64,000 nt of DNA from Auanema rhodensis (lineage: Eukaryota; Animalia; Nematoda). The notes beneath the pieces were generated by a model that did no database searches, was not told the origin of the DNA, and worked only from the letters and a program-made list of their open reading frames with translations. The position numbers were made by a program, and so were the translations under genes. Positions 1-11,440 of the stretch are shown here, one piece after another. Location of the stretch: positions 1 to 64,000 of the forward strand of contig CAXKVF010000080.1 of NCBI GenBank assembly GCA_964057225.1. The letters run 5' to 3'. Each line of letters starts with the position of its first letter. The stretch's first letter is position 1.

Positions 1-31
1 GTCTAAAAACAAATTTTTATTGATATTGGTG

Positions 32-44
32 CATGGTAACCATA
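32..44. other. Dyad CATGGT-A-ACCATG (contains BstEII site GGTNACC); recurs in nearly every monomer
   Basis: Perfect 6-bp arms around a 1-nt centre, extended to TCATGGT-A-ACCATGA in monomers with T at position 31. The first copy carries a G44A variant; the intact form is seen at, for example, 208-220. Confidence 0.9.
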
Positions 45-56
45 ACTTTGAAATTT

Positions 57-93
57 ACGTGAACTTTAATTTATGCTAATTAAATGTACACGT
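57..93. other. 37-nt imperfect inverted repeat within the monomer (first copy shown; recurs every 176 bp)
   Basis: ACGTGAAC-TTTAATT [TATGCT] AATTAAA-T-GTACACGT forms 14 Watson-Crick pairs with one A/A mismatch, one bulged T and a 6-nt loop. Confidence 0.85.
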
Positions 94-118
94 GATGTGC
101 ACTTGGTATGTAACTCGC

Positions 119-128
119 TTCACGTGAA
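119..128. other. Perfect 10-bp palindrome TTCACGTGAA (CACGTG E-box/G-box core); recurs in nearly every monomer
   Basis: Read directly from the sequence. A second CACGTG lies at 89-94 and a one-mismatch copy TTTACGTGAA at 54-63. Protein binding is not shown. Confidence 0.85.
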
Positions 129-3100
129 AGATAAAGAGATGCGGTTTTCAAAATTAGATTCCCCATGTCCATATTAGTCTAAAAACAAATTTTTATTGAT
201 ATTGGTTCATGGTAACCATGACTTTGAAATTTACGTGAACTTTAATTTATGCTAATTAAATGTACACGTGATGTGCACTTGGTATGTAACTCGCTTCACG
301 TGAAAGATAAAGAGATGCGGTTTTCAAAATTAGATTCCCCATGTCCATATTAGTCTAAAAACAAATTTTTATTGATATTGGTGCATGGTAACCATGACTT
401 TGAAATTTACGTGAACTTTAATTTATGCTAATTAAATGTACACGTGATGTGCACTTGGTATGTAACTCGCTTCACGTGAAAGATAAAGAGATGCGGTTTT
501 CAAAATTAGATTCCCCATGTCCATATTAGTCTAAAAACAAATTTTTATTGATATTGGTGCATGGTAACCATGACTTTGAAATTTACGTGAACTTTAATTT
601 ATGCTAATTAAATGTACACGTGATGTGCACTTGGTATGTAACTCGCTTCACGTGAAAGATAAAGAGATGCGGTTTTCAAAATTAGATTCCCCATGTCCAT
701 ATTAGTCTAAAAACAAATTTTTATTGATATTGGTTCATGGTAACCATGACTTTGAAATTTACGTGAACTTTAATTTATGCTAATTAAATGTACACGTGAT
801 GTGCACTTGGTATGTAACTCGCTTCACGTGAAAGATAAAGAGATGCGGTTTTCAAAATTAGATTCCCCATGTCCATATTAGTCTAAAAACAAATTTTTAT
901 TGATATTGCTTCATGGTAACCATGACTTTGAAATTTACGTGAACTTTAATTTATGCTAATTAAATGTACACGTGATGTGCACTTGGTATGTAACTCGCTT
1001 CACGTGAAAGATAAAGAGATGCGGTTTTCAAAATTAGATTCCCCATGTCCATATTAGTCTAAAAACAAATTTTTATTGATATTAGTTCATGGTAACCATG
1101 ACTTTGAAATTTACGTGAACTTTAATTTATGCTAATTAAATGTACACGTGATGTGCACTTGGTATGTAACTCGCTTCACGTGAAAGATAAAGAGATGCGG
1201 TTTTCAAAATTAGATTCCCCATGTCCATATTAGTCTAAAAACAAATTTTTATTGATATTAGTTCATGGTAACCATGACTTTGAAATTTACGTGAACTTTA
1301 ATTTATGCTAATTAAATGTACACGTGATGTGCACTTGGTATGTAACTCGCTTCACGTGAAAGATAAAGAGATGCGGTTTTCAAAATTAGATTCCCCATGT
1401 CCATATTAGTCTAAAAACAAATTTTCATTGATATTGGTTCATGGTAACCATGACTTTGAAATTAACGTGAACTTTAATTTATGCTAATTAAATGTACACG
1501 TGATGTGCACTTGGTATGTAACTCGCTTCACGTGAAAGATAAAGAGATGCGGTTTTCAAAATTAGATTCCCCATGTCCATATTAGTCTAAAAACAAATTT
1601 TTATTGATATTGGTTCATGGTAACCATGACTTTGAAATTTACGTGAACTTTAATTTATGCTAATTAAATGTACACGTGATGTGCACTTGGTATGTAACTC
1701 GCTTCACGTGAAAGATAAAGAGATGCGGTTTTCAAAATTAGATTCCCCATGTCCATATTAGTCTAAAAACAAATTTTTATTGATATTGGTGCATGGTAAT
1801 CATGACTTTGAAATTTACGTGAACTTTAATTTATGCTAATTAAATGTACACGTGATGTGCACTTGGTATGTAACTCGCTTCACGTGAAATATAAAGAGAT
1901 GCGGTTTTCAAAATTAGATTCCCCATGTCCATATTAGTCTAAAAACAAATTTTTATTGATATTGGTGCATGGTAGCCATGACTTTGAAATTTACGTGAAC
2001 TTTAATTTATGCTAATTAAATGTACACGTGATGTGCACTTGGTATGTAACTCGCTTCACGTGAAAGATAAAGAGATGCGGTTTTCAAAATTAGATTCCCC
2101 ATGTCCATATTAGTCTAAATACAAATTTTTATTGATATTGGTGCATGGTAACCATGACTTTGAAATTTACGTGAACTTTAATTTATGCTAATTAAATGTA
2201 CACGTGATGTGCACTTGGTATGTAACTCGCTTCACGTGAAAGATAAAGAGATGCGGTTTTCAAAATTAGATTCCCCATGTCCATATTAGTCTAAAAACAA
2301 ATTTTTATTGATATTGGTGCATGGTAACCATGACTTTGAAATTTACGTGAACTTTAATTTATGCTAATTAAATGTACACGTGATGTGCACTTGGTATGTA
2401 ACTCGCTTCACGTGAAAGATAAAGAGATGCGGTTTTCAAAATTAGATTCCCCATGTCCATATTAGTCTAAATACAAATTTTTATTGATATTGGTGCATGG
2501 TAACCATGACTTTGAAATTTACGTGAACTTTAATTTATGCTAATTAAATGTACACGTGATGTGCACTTGGTATGTAACTCGCTTCACGTGAAAGATAAAG
2601 AGATGCGGTTTTCAAAATTAGATTCCCCATGTCCATATTAGTCTAAAAACAAATTTTTATTGATATTGGTTCATGGTAACCATGACTTTGAAATTTACGT
2701 GAACTTTAATTTATGCTAATTAAATGTACACGTGATGTGCACTTGGTATGTAACTCGCTTCACGTGAAAGATAAAGAGATGCGGTTTTCAAAATTAGATT
2801 CCCCATGTCCATATTAGTCTAAAAACAAATTTTTATTGATATTGGTGCATGGTAACCATGACTTTGAAATTTACGTGAACTTTAATTTATGCTAATTAAA
2901 TGTACACGTGATGTGCACTTGGTATGTAACTCGCTTCACGTGAAAGATAAAGAGATGCGGTTTTCAAAATTAGATTCCCCATGTCCATATTAGTCTAAAA
3001 ACAAATTTTTATTGATATTGGTTCATGGTAACCATGACTTTGAAATTTACGTGAACTTTAATTTATGCTAATTAAATGTACACGTGATGTGCACTTGGTA

Positions 3101-6100
3101 TGTAACTCGCTTCACGTGAAAGATAAAGAGATGCGGTTTTCAAAATTAGATTCCCCATGTCCATATTAGTCTAAAAACAAATTTTTATTGATATTGGTTC
3201 ATGGTAACCATGACTTTGAAATTTACGTGAACTTTAATTTATGCTAATTAAATGTACACGTGATGTGCACTTGGTATGTAACTCGCTTCACGTGAAAGAT
3301 AAAGAGATGCGGTTTTCAAAATTAGATTCCCCATGTCCATATTAGTCTAAAAACAAATTTTTATTGATATTGCTTCATGGTAACCATGACTTTGAAATTT
3401 ACGTGAACTTTAATTTATGCTAATTAAATGTACACGTGATGTGCACTTGGTATGTAACTCGCTTCACGTGGAAGATAAAGAGATGCGGTTTTCAAAATTA
3501 GATTCCCCATGTCCATATTAGTCTAAAAACAAATTTTTATTGATATTGGTTCATGGTAACCATGACTTTGAAATTTACGTGAACTTTAATTTATGCTAAT
3601 TAAATGTACACGTGATGTGCACTTGGTATGTAACTCGCTTCACGTGAAAGATAAAGAGATGCGGTTTTCAAAATTAGATTCCCCATGTCCATATTAGTCT
3701 AAAAACAAATTTTTATTGATATTGGTTCATGGTAACCATGACTTTGAAATTTACGTGAACTTTAATTTATGCTAATTAAATGTACACGTGATGTGCACTT
3801 GGTATGTAACTCGCTTCACGTGAAAGATAAAGAGATGCGGTTTTCAAAATTAGATTCCCCATGTCCATATTAGTCTAAAAACAAATTTTTATTGATATTG
3901 GTTCATGGTAACCATGACTTTGAAATTTACGTGAACTTTAATTTATGCTAATTAAATGTACACGTGATGTGCACTTGGTATGTAACTCGCTTCACGTGAA
4001 AGATAAAGAGATGCGGTTTTCAAAATTAGATTCCCCATGTCCATATTAGTCTAAAAACAAATTTTTATTGATATTGGTGCATGGTAACCATAACTTTGAA
4101 ATTTACGTGAACTTTAATTTATGCTAATTAAATGTACACGTGATGTGCACTTGGTATGTAACTCGCTTCACGTGAAAGATAAAGAGATGCGGTTTTCAAA
4201 ATTAGATTCCCCATGTCCATATTAGTCTAAAAACAAATTTTTATTGATATTGGTTCATGGTAACCATGACTTTGAAATTTACGTGAACTTTAATTTATGC
4301 TAATTAAATGTACACGTGATGTGCACTTGGTATGTAACTCGCTTCACGTGAAAGATAAAGAGATGCGGTTTTCAAAATTAGATTCCCCATGTCCATATTA
4401 GTCTAAAAACAAATTTTTATTGATATTGGTGCATGGTAACCATGACTTTGAAATTTACGTGAACTTTAATTTATGCTAATTAAATGTACACGTGATGTGC
4501 ACTTGGTATGTAACTCGCTTCACGTGAAAGATAAAGAGATGCGGTTTTCAAAATTAGATTCCCCATGTCCATATTAGTCTAAAAACAAATTTTCATTGAT
4601 ATTGGTTCATGGTAACCATGACTTTGAAATTTACGTGAACTTTAATTTATGCTAATTAAATGTACACGTGATGTGCACTTGGTATGTAACTCGCTTCACG
4701 TGAAAGATAAAGAGATGCGGTTTTCAAAATTAGATTCCCCATGTCCATATTAGTCTAAAAACAAATTTTTATTGATATTGGTTCATGGTAACCATGACTT
4801 TGAAATTTACGTGAACTTTAATTTATGCTAATTAAATGTACACGTGATGTGCACTTGGTATGTAACTCGCTTCACGTGAAAGATAAAGAGATGCGGTTTT
4901 CAAAATTAGATTCCCCATGTCCATATTAGTCTAAAAACAAATTTTTATTGATATTGCTTCATGGTAACCATGACTTTGAAATTTACGTGAACTTTAATTT
5001 ATGCTAATTAAATGTACACGTGATGTGCACTTGGTATGTAACTCGCTTCACGTGAAAGATAAAGAGATGCGGTTTTCAAAATTAGATTCCCCATGTCCAT
5101 ATTAGTCTAAAAACAAATTTTTATTGATATTAGTTCATGGTAACCATGACTTTGAAATTTACGTGAACTTTAATTTATGCTAATTAAATGTACACGTGAT
5201 GTGCACTTGGTATGTAACTCGCTTCACGTGAAAGATAAAGAGATGCGGTTTTCAAAATTAGATTCCCCATGTCCATATTAGTCTAAAAACAAATTTTTAT
5301 TGATATTAGTTCATGGTAACCATGACTTTGAAATTTACGTGAACTTTAATTTATGCTAATTAAATGTACACGTGATGTGCACTTGGTATGTAACTCGCTT
5401 CACGTGAAAGATAAAGAGATGCGGTTTTCAAAATTAGATTCCCCATGTCCATATTAGTCTAAAAACAAATTTTCATTGATATTGGTTCATGGTAACCATG
5501 ACTTTGAAATTAACGTGAACTTTAATTTATGCTAATTAAATGTACACGTGATGTGCACTTGGTATGTAACTCGCCTCACGTGAAAGATAAAGAGATGCGG
5601 TTTTCAAAATTAGATTCCCCATGTCCATATTAGTCTAAAAACAAATTTTTATTGATATTGGTTCATGGTAACCATGACTTTGAAATTTACGTGAACTTTA
5701 ATTTATGCTAATTAAATGTACACGTGATGTGCACTTGGTATGTAACTCGCTTCACGTGAAAGATAAAGAGATGCGGTTTTCAAAATTAGATTCCCCATGT
5801 CCATATTAGTCTAAAAACAAATTTTTATTGATATTGGTGCATGGTAATCATGACTTTGAAATTTACGTGAACTTTAATTTATGCTAATTAAATGTACACG
5901 TGATGTGCACTTGGTATGTAACTCGCTTCACGTGAAATATAAAGAGATGCGGTTTTCAAAATTAGATTCCCCATGTCCATATTAGTCTAAAAACAAATTT
6001 TTATTGATATTGGTGCATGGTAGCCATGACTTTGAAATTTACGTGAACTTTAATTTATGCTAATTAAATGTACACGTGATGTGCACTTGGTATGTAACTC

Positions 6101-6688
6101 GCTTCACGTGAAAGATAAAAAGATGCGGTTTTCAAAATTAGATTCCCCATGTCCATATTAGTCTAAATACAGATTTTTATTGATATTGGTGCATGGTAAC
6201 CATGACTTTGAAATTTACGTGAACTTTAATTTATGCTAATTAAATGTACACGTGATGTGCACTTGGTATGTAACTCGCTTCACGTGAAAGATAAAGAGAT
6301 GCGGTTTTCAAAATTAGATTCCCCATGTCCATATTAGTCTAAAAACAAATTTTTATTGATATTGGTGCATGGTAACCATGACTTTGAAATTTACGTGAAC
6401 TTTAATTTATGCTAATTAAATGTACACGTGATGTGCACTTGGTATGTAACTCGCTTCACGTGAAAGATAAAGAGATGCGGTTTTCAAAATTAGATTCCCC
6501 ATGTCCATATTAGTCTAAATACAAATTTTTATTGATATTGGTGCATGGTAACCATGACTTTGAAATTTACGTGAACTTTAATTTATGCTAATTAAATGTA
6601 CACGTGATGTGCACTTGGTATGTAACTCGCTTCACGTGAAAGATAAAGAGATGCGGTTTTCAAAATTAGATTCCCCATGTCCATATTA

Positions 6689-9600
6689 GTCTAAAAACAA
6701 ATTTTTATTGATATTGGTTCATGGTAACCATGACTTTGAAATTTACGTGAACTTTAATTTATGCTAATTAAATGTACACGTGATGTGCACTTGGTATGTA
6801 ACTCGCTTCACGTGAAAGATAAAGAGATGCGGTTTTCAAAATTAGATTCCCCATGTCCATATTAGTCTAAAAACAAATTTTTATTGATATTGGTGCATGG
6901 TAACCATGACTTTGAAATTTACGTGAACTTTAATTTATGCTAATTAAATGTACACGTGATGTGCACTTGGTATGTAACTCGCTTCACGTGAAAGATAAAA
7001 AGATGCGGTTTTCAAAATTAGATTCCCCATGTCCATATTAGTCTAAAAACAAATTTTTATTGATATTGGTTCATGGTAACCATGACTTTGAAATTTACGT
7101 GAACTTTAATTTATGCTAATTAAATGTACACGTGATGTGCACTTGGTATGTAACTCGCTTCACGTGAAAGATAAAGAGATGCGGTTTTCAAAATTAGATT
7201 CCCCATGTCCATATTAGTCTAAAAACAAATTTTTATTGATATTGGTTCATGGTAACCATGACTTTGAAATTTACGTGAACTTTAATTTATGCTAATTAAA
7301 TGTACACGTGATGTGCACTTGGTATGTAACTCGCTTCACGTGAAAGATAAAGAGATGCGGTTTTCAAAATTAGATTCCCCATGTCCATATTAGTCTAAAA
7401 ACAAATTTTTATTGATATTGGTGCATGGTAACCATGACTTTGAAATTTACGTGAACTTTAATTTATGCTAATTAAATGTACACGTGATGTGCACTTGGTA
7501 TGTAACTCGCTTCACGTGAAAGATAAAGAGATGCGGTTTTCAAAATTAGATTCCCCATGTCCATATTAGTCTAAAAACAAATTTTTATTGATATTGGTGC
7601 ATGGTAACCATGACTTTGAAATTTACGTGAACTTTAATTTATGCTAATTAAATGTACACGTGATGTGCACTTGGTATGTAACTCGCTTCACGTGAAAGAT
7701 AAAGAGATGCGGTTTTCAAAATTAGATTCCCCATGTCCATATTAGTCTAAATACAAATTTTTATTGATATTGGTGCATGGTAACCATGACTTTGAAATTT
7801 ACGTGAACTTTAATTTATGCTAATTAAATGTACACGTGATGTGCACTTGGTATGTAACTCGCTTCACGTGAAAGATAAAGAGATGCGGTTTTCAAAATTA
7901 GATTCCCCATGTCCATATTAGTCTAAAAACAAATTTTTATTGATATTGGTTCATGGTAACCATGACTTTGAAATTTACGTGAACTTTAATTTATGCTAAT
8001 TAAATGTACACGTGATGTGCACTTGGTATGAAACTCGCTTCACGTGAAAGATAAAGAGATGCGGTTTTCAAAATTAGATTCCCCATGTCCATATTAGTCT
8101 AAAAACAAATTTTTATTGATATTGGTGCATGGTAACCATGACTTTGAAATTTACGTGAACTTTAATTTATGCTAATTAAATGTACACGTGATGTGCACTT
8201 GGTATGTAACTCGCTTCACGTGAAAGATAAAGAGATGCGGTTTTCAAAATTAGATTCCCCATGTCCATATTAGTCTAAAAACAAATTTTTATTGATATTG
8301 GTGCATGGTAACCATGACTTTGAAATTTACGTGAACTTTAATTCATGCTAATTAAATGTACACGTGATGTGCACTTGGTATGTAACTCGCTTCACGTGAA
8401 AGATAAAGAGATGCGGTTTTCAAAATTAGATTCCCCATGTCCATATTAGTCTAAAAACAAATTTTTATTGATATTGCTTCATGGTAACCATGACTTTGAA
8501 ATTTACGTGAACTTTAATTTATGCTAATTAAATGTACACGTGATGTGCACTTGGTATGTAACTCGCTTCACGTGAAAGATAAAGAGATGCGGTTTTCAAA
8601 ATTAGATTCCCCATGTCCATATTAGTCTAAAAACAAATTTTTATTGATATTGGTTCATGGTAACCATGACTTTGAAATTTACGTGAACTTTAATTTATGC
8701 TAATTAAATGTACACGTGATGTGCACTTGGTATGTAACTCGCTTCACGTGAAAGATAAAGAGATGCGGTTTTCAAAATTAGATTCCCCATGTCCATATTA
8801 GTCTAAAAACAAATTTTTATTGATATTGCTTCATGGTAACCATGACTTTGAAATTTACGTGAACTTTAATTTATGCTAATTAAATGTACACATGATGTGC
8901 ACTTGGTATGTAACTCGCTTCACGTGAAAGATAAAGAGATGCGGTTTTCAAAATTAGATTCCCCATGTCCATATTAGTCTAAAAACGAATTTTTATTGAT
9001 ATTGCCTCATGGTAACCATGACTTTGAAATTTACGTGAACTTTAATTTATGCTAATTAAATGTACACGTGATGTGCACTTGGTATGTAACTCGCTTCACG
9101 TGAAAGATAAAAAGATGCGGTTTTCAAAATTAGATTCCCCATGTCCATATTAGTCTAAAAACAAATTTTTATTGATATTGGTTCATGGTAACCATGACTT
9201 TGAAATTTACGTGAACTTTAATTTATGCTAATTAAATGTACACGTGATGTGCACTTGGTATGTAACTCGCTTCACGTGAAAGATAAAGAGATGCGGTTTT
9301 CAAAATTAGATTCCCCATGTCCATATTAGTCTAAAAACAAATTTTTATTGATATTGGTGCATGGTAACCATGACTTTGAAATTTACGTGAACTTTAATTT
9401 ATGCTAATTAAATGTACACGTGATGTGCACTTGGTATGTAACTCGCTTCACGTGAAAGATAAAAAGATGCGGTTTTCAAAATTAGATTCCCCATGTCCAT
9501 ATTAGTCTAAAAACAAATTTTTATTGATATTGGTTCATGGTAACCATGACTTTGAAATTTACGTGAACTTTAATTTATGCTAATTAAATGTACACGTGAT

Positions 9601-11440
9601 GTGCACTTGGTATGTAACTCGCTTCACGTGAAAGATAAAGAGATGCGGTTTTCAAAATTAGATTCCCCATGTCCATATTAGTCTAAAAACAAATTTTTAT
9701 TGATATTGGTTCATGGTAACCATGACTTTGAAATTTACGTGAACTTTAATTTATGCTAATTAAATGTACACGTGATGTGCACTTGGTATGTAACTCGCTT
9801 CACGTGAAAGATAAAGAGATGCGGTTTTCAAAATTAGATTCCCCATGTCCATATTAGTCTAAAAACAAATTTTTATTGATATTGGTGCATGGTAACCATG
9901 ACTTTGAAATTTACGTGAACTTTAATTTATGCTAATTAAATGTACACGTGATGTGCACTTGGTATGTAACTCGCTTCACGTGAAAGATAAAGAGATGCGG
10001 TTTTCAAAATTAGATTCCCCATGTCCATATTAGTCTAAAAACAAATTTTTATTGATATTGGTGCATGGTAACCATGACTTTGAAATTTACGTGAACTTTA
10101 ATTTATGCTAATTAAATGTACACGTGATGTGCACTTGGTATGTAACTCGCTTCACGTGAAAGATAAAGAGATGCGGTTTTCAAAATTAGATTCCCCATGT
10201 CCATATTAGTCTAAATACAAATTTTTATTGATATTGGTGCATGGTAACCATGACTTTGAAATTTACGTGAACTTTAATTTATGCTAATTAAATGTACACG
10301 TGATGTGCACTTGGTATGTAACTCGCTTCACGTGAAAGATAAAGAGATGCGGTTTTCAAAATTAGATTCCCCATGTCCATATTAGTCTAAAAACAAATTT
10401 TTATTGATATTGGTTCATGGTAACCATGACTTTGAAATTTACGTGAACTTTAATTTATGCTAATTAAATGTACACGTGATGTGCACTTGGTATGAAACTC
10501 GCTTCACGTGAAAGATAAAGAGATGCGGTTTTCAAAATTAGATTCCCCATGTCCATATTAGTCTAAAAACAAATTTTTATTGATATTGGTGCATGGTAAC
10601 CATGACTTTGAAATTTACGTGAACTTTAATTTATGCTAATTAAATGTACACGTGATGTGCACTTGGTATGTAACTCGCTTCACGTGAAAGATAAAGAGAT
10701 GCGGTTTTCAAAATTAGATTCCCCATGTCCATATTAGTCTAAAAACAAATTTTTATTGATATTGGTGCATGGTAACCATGACTTTGAAATTTACGTGAAC
10801 TTTAATTCATGCTAATTAAATGTACACGTGATGTGCACTTGGTATGTAACTCGCTTCACGTGAAAGATAAAGAGATGCGGTTTTCAAAATTAGATTCCCC
10901 ATGTCCATATTAGTCTAAAAACAAATTTTTATTGATATTGCTTCATGGTAACCATGACTTTGAAATTTACGTGAACTTTAATTTATGCTAATTAAATGTA
11001 CACGTGATGTGCACTTGGTATGTAACTCGCTTCACGTGAAAGATAAAGAGATGCGGTTTTCAAAATTAGATTCCCCATGTCCATATTAGTCTAAAAACAA
11101 ATTTTTATTGATATTGCTTCATGGTAACCATGACTTTGAAATTTACGTGAACTTTAATTTATGCTAATTAAATGTACACATGATGTGCACTTGGTATGTA
11201 ACTCGCTTCACGTGAAAGATAAAGAGATGCGGTTTTCAAAATTAGATTCCCCATGTCCATATTAGTCTAAAAACGAATTTTTATTGATATTGCCTCATGG
11301 TAACCATGACTTTGAAATTTACGTGAACTTTAATTTATGCTAATTAAATGTACACGTGATGTGCACTTGGTATGTAACTCGCTTCACGTGAAAGATAAAG
11401 AGATGCGGTTTTCAAAATTAGATTCCCCATGTCCATATTA
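6689..11440. repeat. 14-monomer tandem duplication (2464-bp offset); the second copy lacks one monomer
   Basis: GATAAAAAG at 6865/9329; CTAAATAC at 7745/10209; TATGAAAC at 7921/10385; ATTCATG at 8273/10737. CACATG (8801/11089) and AACGAAT+GCCTC (8977/11265) follow at a 2288-bp offset because the monomer at 8625 has no counterpart. Confidence 0.9.

Larger units (their letters stand above)
1..7392. repeat. 23-monomer (4048-bp offset) higher-order duplication: monomers 1-19 repeated as monomers 24-42
   Basis: Shared ordered rare variants (monomer starts): CATAAC at 1/4049; GCTTC-AGTTC-AGTTC run at 881/4929; TTTTCATT+ATTAACG at 1409/5457; GGTAATC+GAAATAT at 1761/5809; GGTAGCC at 1937/5985; CTAAATAC at 2113,2465/6161,6513. 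Confidence 0.9.

Noticed and set aside
28-32. Idea that the order of G/T/C/A monomer types encodes information
   Set aside because: The order is accounted for by nested duplications, deletions and conversions, and nothing in the sequence suggests a read-out mechanism.
73-82. Octamer-like ATGCTAAT / homeodomain-like TAATTA site
   Set aside because: Short AT-rich motifs are expected by chance in 68% AT DNA, and there is no promoter context.
1-176. Tandem RNA gene array (5S rRNA, tRNA, snRNA, spliced leader)
   Set aside because: No recognisable 5S or tRNA sequence, Pol III A/B/C boxes or cloverleaf, and the unit is very AT-rich with no gene/spacer contrast in conservation. An Rfam/Infernal search would settle it.
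1-176. CENP-B box (NTTCGNNNNANNCGGGN)
   Set aside because: Not present on either strand of the consensus. The TTCG (domain C) and CCCG (near 48896) variants do not complete the motif.
145-195. Possible origin of the monomer from a DNA-transposon or MITE subterminal region (GATTCCCC...TTAGTCTAAAAAC segment)
   Set aside because: Only a vague impression of similarity. No terminal inverted repeats, target-site duplications or transposase are in the window, so a Dfam/Repbase search would be required.
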